64,000 nucleotides of DNA from Ruminococcus sp. (GCA_045635685.1 JAZTWD010000051.1:83222-147221); one strand, 5' to 3'. Shown: positions 9,385 through 23,070, numbered from the stretch's first letter. Numbers and translations: made by a program. Notes: generated by a model not told the origin, from the sequence alone.

Positions 9385-10359
9385 ATGTCACAGAAGCTTA
9401 ATTCTATCGCAGTTTTAACCAGCGGCGGCGACGCTCCCGGTATGAATGCTGCTGTCAGAGCTGTAGTTCGCTCTGCAATAAATAAAAATATTCAGGTATA
9501 CGGTGTTCGCAGAGGCTACAACGGCCTCTTAACAGGTGAGGTTGTTCAGATGAACCTTCGCTCAGTTTCCGACATTATCCACCGCGGTGGTACAATGCTC
9601 TGCACAGCCAGAAGTGAGGAGTATAACACACCTGCAGGTGTTAAGAAGGCTGCCGACTATTGCCGTTCTCTCGGTGTTAACGGTGTTGTTGTAATCGGCG
9701 GCGACGGCTCTTTCCGCGGAGCAAGAGACCTTTCAGGTGCAGGCATTCCCTGTGTAGGTATCCCCGGCACAATTGATAACGACATTGCCTGCAGTGAGTA
9801 CACAATCGGCTTTGATACTGCAATGAACACAGCCCTTGAAATGGTTGATAAAATCCGTGATACAGCTCAGTCCCATGACAGATGCTCTGTTGTAGAGGTA
9901 ATGGGCAGACGTTGCGGTGACATCGCCCTGCAGACAGGTATCGCTTGCGGTGCAACTGCAATCCTTGTTCCTGAAAAGCCTGTTGATATCGACAAAATGG
10001 TTGTTCAGAAGATTATCGACACAAAGGCTACAGGCAAGCGTCACTTTATCGTAGTTGTTGCTGAGGGTGTAGGCCACACCGAAGAAATTGCTAAATATAT
10101 CGAAGAGAAAACAGGTATTGAGTCCCGTGCTACTATCCTCGGTCACGTTCAGCGTGGCGGTTCTCCCACACTCAGAGACCGTGTTGTGGCAAGTGCTATG
10201 GGTCATCACGCTGTTGAGCTTCTTTCTAACGGCATCGGTGACAGAGTTGTTGCTTTACAGGGCGGTAATATTGTTGACCTTGATATTACCGAGGCTCTCA
10301 ATATGAAGCGTGTTTTTGATGAAGAACTCTACAATATAGCAATGGATGTTTCCATCTGA
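9385..10359 (+). CDS. pfkA: 6-phosphofructokinase
   Basis: TSGGDAPGMN, GGDGS, PGTIDND, EVMGR, LGHVQRGG. Confidence 0.96.
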   Translation: MSQKLNSIAVLTSGGDAPGMNAAVRAVVRSAINKNIQVYGVRRGYNGLLTGEVVQMNLRSVSDIIHRGGTMLCTARSEEYNTPAGVKKAADYCRSLGVNGVVVIGGDGSFRGARDLSGAGIPCVGIPGTIDNDIACSEYTIGFDTAMNTALEMVDKIRDTAQSHDRCSVVEVMGRRCGDIALQTGIACGATAILVPEKPVDIDKMVVQKIIDTKATGKRHFIVVVAEGVGHTEEIAKYIEEKTGIESRATILGHVQRGGSPTLRDRVVASAMGHHAVELLSNGIGDRVVALQGGNIVDLDITEALNMKRVFDEELYNIAMDVSI

Positions 10360-10364
10360 TTTTT

Positions 10365-10391
10365 ACAGGCACATTAAGTTGTGCCTGTTTC
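10365..10391 (+). terminator. Probable terminator after pfkA
   Basis: ACAGGCACA/TGTGCCTGT stem with short T tail. Confidence 0.6.
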
Positions 10392-10422
10392 TGTATAACG
10401 ACATAAAGTGAGGTTTCGCCAT

Positions 10423-12408
10423 ATGGCAGGCAAAGAAAGCAAAAAGCTTAAGAATTTATTTTTCTATGGTGTTTCATTTGTTAATTACGATACCACTGAC
10501 GTAACTTGTGACATCATCACAAATATCCGCAGACGTTTTTTAATTACCAAAAAGCCTGCCTCTAATAAGCTTTACAGGTCTGCAAATGGCGAAAGCTTTG
10601 TTTATTCTTATAATTTCAGCTTCGAACGCCCTTTACAGTGGCGTGTGTTAAGAAATAAAAGAGTAGTAGAAGAAATCGAAAATCTTCTTTCAAATAAGTA
10701 TTGCATCAATCTTTATGATGAACAGGGCAAGGATTTAAAGAAGACCTTTTTCGATTCCAAGCACAGATGGTTCAAAACCAACTACTACAGTCCCGTTTCT
10801 AACCAAGACCTTGTATGTTCCCTTGTTCCCAAAGAATTTGACGATGAAACTTCTCTGCTTAAATATATTACAGGCGAGGTTTATCCCGAAAGGTTATACT
10901 CCTGCACAATTCCTTCCTGCGAAGAGGTAAGAAGCAGAGTGTTTTCCAAAATTCCAACTCCCCTTGTGTCTGCTCTTACTAATATTGGATTAGTTTATTT
11001 TATGCCAGAAGTTGATAAGGAAAATTACGAGCATGTTTTAGCTGACGAAGAGGCAAAGTATAAAGAAGAAAATGCCCCTGAGGTTTATGTAACCGCCGAG
11101 GACGTTGAGTCAGGCTTTAACCTTTCTGTCAGAGATTTTGATATGAGCAAAAACCTTAACCGCACATTTGATATTTCTCTGGCGGCAGATTTTGACTCTG
11201 ATTCAGCCGACACTTTAGAGTCTGCTCCGAAAATTTCCCAGCCCGAAAAGCCTGCCGAGGAAATCGTTTCTGTAACTGATGACGGTTCTGTTGATGCGGC
11301 AATCACAGGGGTTGTAGAGCAGATTAACGCCCGAACATCTCTTGGTATAGATGCCAAGCAAATTCTTAGCTTTGACCTTGTTGCGCTTGAAAATCCCCGG
11401 GATAATGAATTTGACGATACCGAGGATTACATCACCTTTAACGAGAGTGACCTTGGCATTGATGAACAGCTTAAGCATATTGATTCTGTGCTTGACGGCT
11501 CTTCACTGCTTAATTCAGAGAGAAAGCTTGTTATAGGTGAGAATGTAGTAGATGATGACTACATAAGCTCAATTATCGACGGTATTATTTCCTCTGCTTT
11601 CAGTTCAGATGACGAGGTGGACGAAGCTCCTGCTGAGCTTGAGTCAATCGCAGAAGCTGAAGAAGATATTGTTGCTGAGGTAGAGAATACCGAAGAAACT
11701 GTATCAGAAAATGATACCGAGGAAACTTTAGATATCAACTTAGAAGCAGACGATGTTGAAGTGATTTCTTTTGAAAACACCGAAGAGAATAAAGCAGAAT
11801 CCGAGGATGAACATAGAGAAGAAACAACTGAGCCAACTGCTGAGGAAAATGTCGCAGAAGAAGCTGTTGATGCCTTAGTTGAAGAAATTCTTAGCAAGCT
11901 GTCCGCTGCTGATGAATACATTAAGGATAACCCTGCCGATATCACTATAGAAAGCAGGGGAGAGATTTACTCCTACTATGGCGGTGTAGACGAAAACGGC
12001 AAACGTATTGGTCGCGGCAGAACCCTTATGTCTAATGGCAATATCGCCTATGAAGGTGAGTATGAAGACGACAAACGTAAGGGTAAAGGTAGCTTTTATT
12101 TCAAAGACGGTTCCCTTTGCTATTGGGGCAACTGGGATAACAACGTACGCTCAGGCTTTGGCGTAGGCGTAAGCTCAGACGATAAGGCGGTTCACGTTGG
12201 TAATTGGACAAGTAATAAACCTGCAGGAGCAGGTGCTCGCTTTGACAGCGACGGAAACCTCATGTTTGTTTCAAGTAATTGTGATGACAAGAAAAAGGGC
12301 TTTACAATTTCAGACCTTTCCGATACTTCATTTACCGTAAGGGTATGGAGCGAAAAGGATGATGCCTTTATCCAGCGTGAAATAAGCATTAATGACATAA
12401 TTAAATAA
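10423..12408 (+). CDS. Acidic MORN-repeat protein of unknown function
   Basis: Likely ATG 10423 after GTGAGGT. Long D/E-rich middle region. C-terminal repeats YEGEYEDDKRKGKG, YWGNWDNNVRSGFG, HVGNWTSNKPAGAG match the MORN pattern. No signal peptide. Confidence 0.7.
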   Translation: MAGKESKKLKNLFFYGVSFVNYDTTDVTCDIITNIRRRFLITKKPASNKLYRSANGESFVYSYNFSFERPLQWRVLRNKRVVEEIENLLSNKYCINLYDEQGKDLKKTFFDSKHRWFKTNYYSPVSNQDLVCSLVPKEFDDETSLLKYITGEVYPERLYSCTIPSCEEVRSRVFSKIPTPLVSALTNIGLVYFMPEVDKENYEHVLADEEAKYKEENAPEVYVTAEDVESGFNLSVRDFDMSKNLNRTFDISLAADFDSDSADTLESAPKISQPEKPAEEIVSVTDDGSVDAAITGVVEQINARTSLGIDAKQILSFDLVALENPRDNEFDDTEDYITFNESDLGIDEQLKHIDSVLDGSSLLNSERKLVIGENVVDDDYISSIIDGIISSAFSSDDEVDEAPAELESIAEAEEDIVAEVENTEETVSENDTEETLDINLEADDVEVISFENTEENKAESEDEHREETTEPTAEENVAEEAVDALVEEILSKLSAADEYIKDNPADITIESRGEIYSYYGGVDENGKRIGRGRTLMSNGNIAYEGEYEDDKRKGKGSFYFKDGSLCYWGNWDNNVRSGFGVGVSSDDKAVHVGNWTSNKPAGAGARFDSDGNLMFVSSNCDDKKKGFTISDLSDTSFTVRVWSEKDDAFIQREISINDIIK

Positions 12409-12425
12409 AGCTTAAAATAAAACTC

Positions 12426-12455
12426 AAGGCTCTCCAAATTTTGGAGAGCCTTTTT
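12426..12455. terminator. Bidirectional terminator between convergent genes
   Basis: AAGGCTCTCCAA/TTGGAGAGCCTT stem, T-run on + side, A-rich on the other side. Confidence 0.75.
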
Positions 12456-12459
12456 GCGT

Positions 12460-13170
12460 TCAGCAGGCAATCGCCTTTTTCAAATCCGACTTAAGCCTTT
12501 TTATAATCTTCTTTTCAAGCCTTGATATATAAGACTGTGAAATTCCCAGCATATCAGCAACCTCTTTCTGGGTGTGCTCCTTATGTCCGTCAAGTCCGTA
12601 CCTCAGCTCCATAATAAGGCTCTCGCGGTCGGGAAGCCTGTTAACCGCATCTATAAGCATATTATTCTCAAGCTCTTTTTCAATGTCGTAATTTATAGAG
12701 TCAGGCTCACTGCCAAGGACGTCTGACAGCAAAAGCTCATTACCGTCCCAGTCGGTATTCAGAGGTTCGTCAATAGAGACTTCATTTTTAAGCTGGGTGG
12801 ATTTTCTCAGGAACATAAGTATTTCGTTTTCAATGCACCTGCTTGCGTAGGTTGCAAGCTTAATGTTACGTGTAGGGGAAAAGGTGTTGACCGCCTTTAT
12901 AAGTCCTATGGTGCCTATTGAAATCAAATCTTCTACGTTTGCACCGGGGCTTTCGAATTTCTTTGCAATGTAAACCACAAGTCTCAGATTATGGGTTATA
13001 AGGGGCTCTCTGGCATTTTCTAACCCTAATTTAATATCTTCAAATATTTTTTGCTCCTGTTCCTTTGTTAAAGGCGGCGGCAGTGCAATGCTTCCGTTAA
13101 TGTAATACACATCCGAGGAAGTAAAGCCTGATATAATTTTGCATAAAAGTAATCGTATTCTTGATTTCAT
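12460..13170 (-). CDS. sigE: Sporulation sigma factor SigE (pro-sigma E)
   Basis: [13 protein letters not shown] pro-region junction, [56 protein letters not shown]. Directly downstream of spoIIGA. Confidence 0.93.
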   Translation of the reverse strand: MKSRIRLLLCKIISGFTSSDVYYINGSIALPPPLTKEQEQKIFEDIKLGLENAREPLITHNLRLVVYIAKKFESPGANVEDLISIGTIGLIKAVNTFSPTRNIKLATYASRCIENEILMFLRKSTQLKNEVSIDEPLNTDWDGNELLLSDVLGSEPDSINYDIEKELENNMLIDAVNRLPDRESLIMELRYGLDGHKEHTQKEVADMLGISQSYISRLEKKIIKRLKSDLKKAIAC

Positions 13171-13970
13171 AAACCCTCCGTAATGTCATTTCCCATAAGG
13201 GATTTAATTTCATTTGTAAGTCTGCCGTTGCTGACTCCAATGTAACAGCCGCCCTTTACCTCCTTCCCGTCAATAAGCGTTTTTTTCGGCTTGAACGCCT
13301 TCAGCATACCTTCTCCCGACATGGTTTTGTAGGGCACAAGTCTCATTTTATCACTTCTGATATCATCGGTACCTATAAGCTCTTTTTCTGCAATAATAAC
13401 AGGCAAACCCGAAAAAGGCTCTCTTAAATTACAACCTGTGTCAACCATAGAGCTGAAGCAATACTCTGTATCACCAAAATAAACAGTAACCTTATGAATC
13501 TGCACTTTCGGGTGATGTTTTGCCTTTAGCTTTTCGTAAATACAAAGTGATATAAAAGCCGTTAAAGTGCATACTATCAGCATAACAGGCGAAATATCAA
13601 AATATACAGCATCATTCCAGATTACAACTCCCTCAGGCTTGAATATAAGCCAGATTAACACCACAATACCCGAAAAACTTATGCTTATACCTATGTAAGT
13701 CATAAGCCGTATTAAATAGTTTTTTACCGAGGTTTTGCCAAAAGCGGTAAATACAATCAAAGCCCCTGTAAGGATTCGGTAAAGTATTGAAAAAGCCTTA
13801 CTGTAAAAGGGCAGGAATACTCCCAAGGTGCACAGAGCTGCCAAAATTGATGCAGGCAAAAGCCTTATAGCTTTTGAATTTATCCTCAAAATCCTCCTTA
13901 CTCCATAAAGCATTAGGTAGTCAATAAACATATTTACACACAAAAGCGTATCAACGTATATTGTCTCCAT
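13167..13970 (-). CDS. spoIIGA: Sigma-E processing peptidase SpoIIGA
   Basis: N-terminal IYVD..NMFIDY, several TM segments, aspartic protease motif [18 protein letters not shown]. Overlaps sigE start. Confidence 0.9.
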   Translation of the reverse strand: METIYVDTLLCVNMFIDYLMLYGVRRILRINSKAIRLLPASILAALCTLGVFLPFYSKAFSILYRILTGALIVFTAFGKTSVKNYLIRLMTYIGISISFSGIVVLIWLIFKPEGVVIWNDAVYFDISPVMLIVCTLTAFISLCIYEKLKAKHHPKVQIHKVTVYFGDTEYCFSSMVDTGCNLREPFSGLPVIIAEKELIGTDDIRSDKMRLVPYKTMSGEGMLKAFKPKKTLIDGKEVKGGCYIGVSNGRLTNEIKSLMGNDITEGL

Positions 13971-14271
13971 ACACTCACCTCGCCACTATATTATCCAATA
14001 ATTTGTCCCTTAAAAATGTCAAAACCCATTGCAGATTTATGAAAGTAAAAATATAAAAATGCTGTAAATCTTAAGCTATACTTAAAATATCACGTAAAAA
14101 CGTCCTTTTGGTATTAAAACGGTTTATTTATAAATTTAGATTAAATTGTTAACAATAACTGCGAAAACTTTAAATTATACCTTTTCTATATATTTTTAAG
14201 AAAAAACTTTCAATTAAGTTAATAAAAGTTGTGCGTTTCCTCCCATAGCTGCATATTTCATCCCTTTTTGT

Positions 14272-14300
14272 TTGACTTAAAAAAATAGTGGTAGTATAAT
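14272..14300 (+). promoter_or_regulatory. Sigma-A promoter of V-ATPase operon
   Basis: TTGACT-17 bp-TATAAT. Confidence 0.75.
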
Positions 14301-14335
14301 TAACATAACTAAGCATAATATTTGTGAGGTGTATT

Positions 14336-14644
14336 ATGGCTTTAAATTCAATAGAAACTATTAAAAACGCCGAGCTAAGTGCCGCAAAGCAGATTGCTGA
14401 CGCTGAGCATGACGCAAAAATTCAGCTCCAGAATGCTGAGCTTGAAGCAAAAAGCATTATTGCCCGAGCTCGTGAAGACGCAAAACTTTACGAAGAGCAT
14501 AAGGCAGATAAGGCAAAAATCAAGGCAGAGGAAATTATAGTCTCAGCCCGAAATTCAGCCAAGCTCGGAGCTGAAAAGCTTAAGACAGAAGCATTAAAAA
14601 AACAAGACAGCGTAAATAACGAGATTCTTAAGTTTATCGTCTGA
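14336..14644 (+). CDS. ntpF: V/A-type ATPase subunit G/H (peripheral stalk)
   Basis: A/E/K-rich coiled coil of about 100 aa, first gene of the V-ATPase operon. ATG 14336 after GAGGTG. Confidence 0.75.
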   Translation: MALNSIETIKNAELSAAKQIADAEHDAKIQLQNAELEAKSIIARAREDAKLYEEHKADKAKIKAEEIIVSARNSAKLGAEKLKTEALKKQDSVNNEILKFIV

Positions 14645-14661
14645 TTCGAGGTGTAACTCAG

Positions 14662-17176
<2,515 letters not shown>

Positions 17177-17199
17177 TAAATGATAATTGGAGTGTCATT

Positions 17200-17784
17200 A
17201 TGACAGGTTTAGATAAAATTATTAACCAGATTCAGCTTGATGCCGATAATACTGTAGAAGGCATCAAGGCTAAATCTGAAGCTCAGTGCAATTTGCTTTT
17301 GGAAGACGCCAAAGCCCAGGCAGAAGCTATACTCGCAAAAGGTAAAGATGATGCTGAGAAAAAATATAGCGATATCATAGCAAGGGCTGAGTCTGCCGCA
17401 AGCCTTGAAGAGCGTAAAATTATGCTCTTTACAAAGCAGGAGATTATCTCGGCTATGATTTCTGACACAGTGAATAATCTCATAAGCCTTTCTGAGGACA
17501 AGTATTTTGAGCTTATCTATAAGCTTATTGCAAGGTACAGTACTAACGCCGACGGTGTAATTTACTTTAATAATACTGACCTTTTAAGACTGCCTGCTGA
17601 TTTTGCCCAGAAGGCGAATTCCGCTTCAAAAGGCAAGCTTACCCTTGGTAGCAATGCTGTGCAAATCGACGGTGGCTTTATACTTACCTATGGCGGTGTA
17701 GATGTTAACTGCAGTATTTCATCGCTTATAAGCGACAACAGCGAAAAAATCAGCGATGCTGTTGCAAAGCACCTCTTTGCTTAA
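17200..17784 (+). CDS. ntpE: V/A-type ATPase subunit E
   Basis: MTGLDKII start, coiled coil, C-terminal IDGGFIL. Operon position. Confidence 0.88.
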   Translation: MTGLDKIINQIQLDADNTVEGIKAKSEAQCNLLLEDAKAQAEAILAKGKDDAEKKYSDIIARAESAASLEERKIMLFTKQEIISAMISDTVNNLISLSEDKYFELIYKLIARYSTNADGVIYFNNTDLLRLPADFAQKANSASKGKLTLGSNAVQIDGGFILTYGGVDVNCSISSLISDNSEKISDAVAKHLFA

Positions 17785-17793
17785 GGAGGGTTT

Positions 17794-18762
17794 ATGAAAT
17801 CTCAGGATTTTACCTATGCGGTCAGCCGCATAAGAATGAAGGAAACAAAGCTTTTTAACAGAAAGGACATCGACCGTCTTGTTTCTCAGCAGGACTATGA
17901 TTCTGTTATAAGAACTCTTTCAGAGTTTGGCTATAGCTGTGAAAATTCAAAGGATAGCTCGGATATTCTCAGTACAGAACAAAGCAAGCTTTGGTCATTA
18001 ATGGCTGAGCTTGTTGAAGATATGAGCGTTTTTGATGTTTTCCGTCTGCAAAATGACTATCATAACCTTAAGGTCAGCGTAAAGTCGGTTTATTCCAATA
18101 CACCTGCTGAGTCTATGTTTCTCAAAGGCGGTACCTTGGAAAGTACTTTGATTTATGAATGTGTTAAAAACCGCGACTATAAAGAGCTTCCCGATTTATT
18201 AGGCGAAACTGCCGCAAAGGCTCTTGATGTATTGCTTAAAACAGGCGACGGTCAGCTTTGTGACGCTATTATTGATAAGGCTTCCCTTGATGCTTTAGCT
18301 GATTTTGCAAGCAAAGCACAGGACGAAGTTATCAGGGACTATTCAGAGCTTTACATCGCCTCAGCTGATATCAAAATAGCTGTCCGCGGTGCTAAGCTTA
18401 ATAAGAACTTGGAATTTTTTACTCAGGCTTTGTCGCAGTGCAATAGCCTTAATAAAGAAATCTTAGCTAAAAGTGCAGTTAAAGGCTTTGATGAAATCTG
18501 CGCATATTTAAGCACAACAAAATATAAGGATGCCGTAGATTATATCAAAAAGTCTATGTCAACCTTTGAAAAATGGTGCGACGACCTGCTTATAAGCGGT
18601 ATGAAAAAGCAGAAGTCAGAGCCCTTTACCATAGGTCCATTGGTAGCTTATATTTTAGCAAAGCAAAATGAAATCAAGGCAGTAAGGCTTATTCTTATTG
18701 CAAAGTTAAATGGTCTTGACGACGCCAAAATCAACGAAAGGATAAGGGAAATGTATGTATAG
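17794..18762 (+). CDS. ntpC: V/A-type ATPase subunit C
   Basis: YAVSRIRMKE start, DYHNLK, NEIKAVRLILIAK...IRERIR-like end. Confidence 0.9.
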   Translation: MKSQDFTYAVSRIRMKETKLFNRKDIDRLVSQQDYDSVIRTLSEFGYSCENSKDSSDILSTEQSKLWSLMAELVEDMSVFDVFRLQNDYHNLKVSVKSVYSNTPAESMFLKGGTLESTLIYECVKNRDYKELPDLLGETAAKALDVLLKTGDGQLCDAIIDKASLDALADFASKAQDEVIRDYSELYIASADIKIAVRGAKLNKNLEFFTQALSQCNSLNKEILAKSAVKGFDEICAYLSTTKYKDAVDYIKKSMSTFEKWCDDLLISGMKKQKSEPFTIGPLVAYILAKQNEIKAVRLILIAKLNGLDDAKINERIREMYV

Positions 18763-19072
18763 AGTTGCTGTTTTAGGCGACAAAGAAAGCATATACGGCT
18801 TTGCCGCCCTTGGTCTTGACGTGTTCTTTGTAGCCGAAAATGATGATGCCGAGGCTACATTCAAAAAGCTTACTCAAAGCGACTACGCTGTGATTTATAT
18901 AACCGAGCATCTTGCCGAAAGCTTAGAGGAAGAAATTGCAAAATTTGCCTACAAGTCTTCTCCTGCAATTATTCAGATTCCGGGCGTATGGGGAAACACA
19001 GGCAAAGGTATGCAGGATGTTAGGAAGTCAGTTGAAAAAGCTGTAGGCAGCGATATTATATTTAACGATTAA
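18755..19072 (+). CDS. ntpG: V/A-type ATPase subunit F
   Basis: VAVLGDKESIYGFAALG, SVEKAVGSDI. Confidence 0.92.
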   Translation: MYRVAVLGDKESIYGFAALGLDVFFVAENDDAEATFKKLTQSDYAVIYITEHLAESLEEEIAKFAYKSSPAIIQIPGVWGNTGKGMQDVRKSVEKAVGSDIIFND

Positions 19073-19105
19073 AGTTTTACATTATCCATGAAAGGATGAT
19101 TAATT

Positions 19106-20875
19106 ATGAGTAAAGGTGCTATTAAAAAGGTAGCAGGTCCTCTTGTAATTGCCGAAGGTATGAGGGATGCCAACCTTTTCGACGTTGTTCGTGTTTCCGA
19201 GCACAGACTTATCGGCGAAATTATTGAGATGCACGGAGATAATGCATCTATTCAGGTTTACGAAGAAACCTCTGGTCTTGCTCCCGGTGCACCTGTAGAG
19301 TCCACAGGCTCACCCTTAAGCGTTGAGCTTGGCCCAGGCCTTATTTCAAATATTTATGATGGTATCCAGCGTCCTCTTGAAGATATTATGGAGGCTTGCG
19401 GAACCAATCTTCAGCGTGGCGTTGAAGTTCCTTCCCTTAGCCGTGAGAAGAAGTGGAGCTTTACTCCTGCAGTTTCAGCAGGCTATAGGGTAGAAGCAGG
19501 CGATACCATTGGTACAGTTCAGGAAACTGACATTGTTCTTCATAAGATTATGGTACCTCCCACTTTTAAAGGTACAATAAAATCTATCGAAGAAGGCGAC
19601 TTTACAGTTGATGATACTGTTTGCGTTCTTACTCTTGATAATGGTGAGGAAAAGCCTCTTACTTTAATGCAGAAGTGGCCTGTTCGTGTTGGCAGACCAT
19701 ACAAGAAAAAGCTTCCCCCCGAAGCACCACTGGTTACAGGTCAGCGTGTTATCGACACACTTTTCCCCATAGCAAAGGGCGGTGTTGCTGCTGTTCCCGG
19801 TCCTTTCGGCAGTGGTAAAACAGTTGTTCAGCATCAGCTTGCAAAGTGGGCAGAGGCAGACATTGTTGTATACATTGGTTGTGGCGAGCGTGGCAACGAG
19901 ATGACCGACGTTCTTAATGAATTCCCTGAGCTTATCGACCCCAAAACAGGCAAGTCTCTTATGGAGCGTACTGTGCTCATTGCAAACACTTCCGATATGC
20001 CTGTTGCGGCTCGTGAAGCTTCTATTTATACTGGTATTACAATTGCCGAGTATTTCCGTGATATGGGCTATTCCGTAGCTCTCATGGCGGACTCTACTTC
20101 ACGTTGGGCTGAAGCTCTCCGTGAAATGTCTGGCCGTCTTGAAGAAATGCCCGGTGAAGAAGGCTACCCTGCATATCTTGGTTCCAGACTTGCTCAGTTC
20201 TATGAGCGTGCAGGTAAGGTTAATATCTTAGGAAGCGAGGACAGAATCGGCTCACTTTCCGTAATCGGTGCGGTATCCCCTCCGGGCGGTGATATTTCCG
20301 AGCCTGTTGCTCAGGCAACCCTTCGTATTGTAAAGGTGTTTTGGGGTCTTGATTCATCCCTTGCTTATAAGCGTCATTTCCCTGCTCTTAACTGGCTTAC
20401 CAGCTATTCGCTTTATACAGATACACTTTCCAAGTGGTTTGACGAAACGGTTTCAGAAGACTGGATGAAAATGCGTGCACGTTTAATGCAACTTTTACAG
20501 GAAGAAGCCGAGCTTGAAGAAATCGTAAAGCTTGTTGGTATGGATGCTCTTTCTTCACCTGACCGCTTAAAGCTTGAAGCCGCACGTTCTATCCGTGAGG
20601 ACTACCTCCACCAGAATGCTTTTCATGAGGTGGATACCTACACCCCCCTTAATAAACAGCTTCTTATGATGAAGCTTATTTTAGCTTATTATGATAAGGC
20701 ACTTTTAGCTTTAAGAGACGGTGCCGACATTGAAAAGCTTGTTTCAATGCCAATAAGAGAATCTATCGGCAGATTTAAGTATGTACCTACAGCCGATACA
20801 GATAAAGCTTTTGACGAAATCCTTTTCACACTTGATAAGGATATTGATGAGATTATAGCAAAAGGAGAGGACTAA
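19106..20875 (+). CDS. ntpA: V/A-type ATPase catalytic subunit A
   Basis: Walker [37 protein letters not shown]. Confidence 0.97.
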   Translation: MSKGAIKKVAGPLVIAEGMRDANLFDVVRVSEHRLIGEIIEMHGDNASIQVYEETSGLAPGAPVESTGSPLSVELGPGLISNIYDGIQRPLEDIMEACGTNLQRGVEVPSLSREKKWSFTPAVSAGYRVEAGDTIGTVQETDIVLHKIMVPPTFKGTIKSIEEGDFTVDDTVCVLTLDNGEEKPLTLMQKWPVRVGRPYKKKLPPEAPLVTGQRVIDTLFPIAKGGVAAVPGPFGSGKTVVQHQLAKWAEADIVVYIGCGERGNEMTDVLNEFPELIDPKTGKSLMERTVLIANTSDMPVAAREASIYTGITIAEYFRDMGYSVALMADSTSRWAEALREMSGRLEEMPGEEGYPAYLGSRLAQFYERAGKVNILGSEDRIGSLSVIGAVSPPGGDISEPVAQATLRIVKVFWGLDSSLAYKRHFPALNWLTSYSLYTDTLSKWFDETVSEDWMKMRARLMQLLQEEAELEEIVKLVGMDALSSPDRLKLEAARSIREDYLHQNAFHEVDTYTPLNKQLLMMKLILAYYDKALLALRDGADIEKLVSMPIRESIGRFKYVPTADTDKAFDEILFTLDKDIDEIIAKGED

Positions 20876-20876
20876 A

Positions 20877-22250
20877 ATGCCAAGAGAATACAGAACCATT
20901 CAGGAGGTTGCAGGTCCTCTTATGCTGGTAAAGGACGTTGAGAATGTTGCCTACAACGAGCTTGGCGAAATCGAGCTTGCGTCAGGCGAAGTAAGACGTT
21001 GTAAGGTTTTGGAAATCAACGGCTCCAATGCCCTTGTTCAGCTTTTCGATTCCGCCGCAGGCATTAACCTTTCAAATTCTAAGGTTAGATTTTTAGGCAG
21101 AAGTATGGAGCTTGCTGTGTCAAAGGATATGCTCTCCCGAGTTTTTGATGGTATGGGCAGACCAATTGACGGCGGCCCCGAGATTCTTCCTGTAAAACGA
21201 GTGGATATCAACGGTGTTCCTATGAACCCTGCTGCCAGAAACTATCCTCAGGAGTTTATCCAGACAGGTGTTTCTGCTATTGATGGACTTAACACACTTG
21301 TAAGAGGTCAGAAGCTTCCTATCTTCTCCGCTTCAGGTCTTCCTCACGCAAACCTTGCCGCCCAGATTGCACGTCAGGCAAAGGTAAGAGGAACAGATGA
21401 ACCCTTCGCTGTAGTTTTTGCCGCAATGGGTATTACTTTCGAAGAATCCAACTACTTCGTAGAAAGCTTCAAGGAAACAGGTGCTATTGACAGAACCGTT
21501 ATGTTCGTAAACTTTGCACACGACCCTGCAATTGAGCGTATTTCTACTCCTAAAATGGCACTTACAGCTGCCGAGTACCTTGCATTCGAAGAGGATATGC
21601 ATGTTCTTGTAATCCTTACAGATATTACAAACTACGCTGACGCTCTTCGTGAGGTTTCCGCCGCCAGAAAGGAAGTTCCCGGCAGACGCGGCTACCCCGG
21701 CTATATGTACACAGACCTTGCTACTCTTTATGAAAGAGCAGGCAGACTCAGAGGCAAAAAGGGATCAATTACCCTTATTCCTATTCTCACAATGCCTGAG
21801 GATGACAAAACTCATCCTATTCCTGACCTTACAGGTTACATCACCGAGGGTCAGATTATCCTTTCTCGAGAGCTTTATCGCAAGGGTGTTACCCCTCCCA
21901 TTGATGTTCTTCCGTCCCTTTCCCGTCTTAAGGATAAGGGTATAGGTGAGGGCAAAACAAGAGCAGACCACTCTAATACAATGAATCAGCTTTTCTCAGC
22001 TTATGCCCGAGGCAAAGAAGCTAAGGAGCTTATGGTGATATTAGGCGAAGCCGCCCTTACCGATATTGATAAACTCTATGCAAAGTTTGCCGAAGAGTTC
22101 GAAAACCGCTATGTTTCTCAGGGCTATATGACCGACAGAAGCATTGAAGAAACTCTTGATTTAGGTTGGGAACTTTTAAGAATTCTTCCCAGAAGCGAAT
22201 TAAAGCGTATCGACGACAAGTACCTTGACCTTTATTACGATAAAAAGTAA
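20877..22250 (+). CDS. ntpB: V/A-type ATPase subunit B
   Basis: [48 protein letters not shown]. Confidence 0.97.
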   Translation: MPREYRTIQEVAGPLMLVKDVENVAYNELGEIELASGEVRRCKVLEINGSNALVQLFDSAAGINLSNSKVRFLGRSMELAVSKDMLSRVFDGMGRPIDGGPEILPVKRVDINGVPMNPAARNYPQEFIQTGVSAIDGLNTLVRGQKLPIFSASGLPHANLAAQIARQAKVRGTDEPFAVVFAAMGITFEESNYFVESFKETGAIDRTVMFVNFAHDPAIERISTPKMALTAAEYLAFEEDMHVLVILTDITNYADALREVSAARKEVPGRRGYPGYMYTDLATLYERAGRLRGKKGSITLIPILTMPEDDKTHPIPDLTGYITEGQIILSRELYRKGVTPPIDVLPSLSRLKDKGIGEGKTRADHSNTMNQLFSAYARGKEAKELMVILGEAALTDIDKLYAKFAEEFENRYVSQGYMTDRSIEETLDLGWELLRILPRSELKRIDDKYLDLYYDKK

Positions 22251-22265
22251 AATCGGAGACTTATT

Positions 22266-22913
22266 ATGGCTACAAAACAGGTTAATCCAACCCGTATGGA
22301 GCTTACCCGCCTTAAGAAAAAGCTTGCCACCGCCACCAAAGGCCACAAGCTTCTTAAGGATAAGCGTGATGAGCTTATGCGGCAGTTCTTGGATATGGTA
22401 AAACTTAATAAACAGCTTCGTGAAAAGGTCGAAAAAGCCATAGGGGAGGCTAACAAAAACTTTGTGCTTGCCTCTGCTTCTATGTCAAACGAAACCTTGT
22501 CAGCCGCAATGCTTGCACCTAAGCAAGAGGTTTACCTTGAGGTTGAAAGCAGGAACGTTATGAGTGTAGACGTGCCTAAGTATAAGATAAGCTACCGTAC
22601 ACCCGAGAAGAGCGATATGTTCTGTTACGGTCTTGCTTTTACATCCTGCGATTTGGACGATGCAGTAGCTTCCTTGTCCCAAGTTCTTCCCGATATGCTG
22701 AAACTTGCCGAGGTGGAAAAATCCTGTCAGCTTATGGCAGATGAGATTGAAAAGACCCGCCGCAGAGTAAACGCATTGGAGCACGTAATGATTCCCGAAA
22801 CCAAAGAGAGTATCAAGTATATTTCAATGAAACTTGACGAAAACGAGCGTGCTACCCAGACTCGACTTATGAAGGTTAAGGATATGATGCTCAAGGAAGC
22901 CCACGGATATTAA
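22266..22913 (+). CDS. ntpD: V/A-type ATPase subunit D
   Basis: NPTRMEL, GHKLLKDKRDELM, EIEKTRRRVNALE. Confidence 0.96.
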   Translation: MATKQVNPTRMELTRLKKKLATATKGHKLLKDKRDELMRQFLDMVKLNKQLREKVEKAIGEANKNFVLASASMSNETLSAAMLAPKQEVYLEVESRNVMSVDVPKYKISYRTPEKSDMFCYGLAFTSCDLDDAVASLSQVLPDMLKLAEVEKSCQLMADEIEKTRRRVNALEHVMIPETKESIKYISMKLDENERATQTRLMKVKDMMLKEAHGY

Positions 22914-22930
22914 TATAACCAAACATTAAA

Positions 22931-22971
22931 ATAGCCACAGCAGGTAAGCCCGCTGTGGCTGTTCTTTTTTT
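22931..22971 (+). terminator. Terminator of V-ATPase operon
   Basis: AGCCACAGC/GCTGTGGCT stem plus T-run. Confidence 0.8.
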
Positions 22972-23070
22972 GTGAACATTGTTTGAAATCTTTTATAATT
23001 CTAATTTGGAAAATATATTGTCGATATAGGTAGTATAATATCCTTCGAATTTGAAGAAATTAATTGGAAG

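Noticed and set aside
11085-11945. Ser-rich minus-strand ORFs
   Set aside because: Mirror of Glu/Asp codons in the acidic MORN protein.
14145-14156. Perfect palindrome ATTGTTAACAAT upstream of V-ATPase (possible Rex site)
   Set aside because: Lacks the 4-nt spacer of the TTGTTAA-N4-TTAACAA pattern and is expected by chance in very AT-rich DNA.
20370-21530. Odd substitutions in conserved V-ATPase motifs (HFPALNW, VNFAHDP); similarly WIVHD in the methyltransferase near 36680
   Set aside because: Could be real divergence or consensus base errors. They cannot be distinguished without reads, and the frames remain intact.
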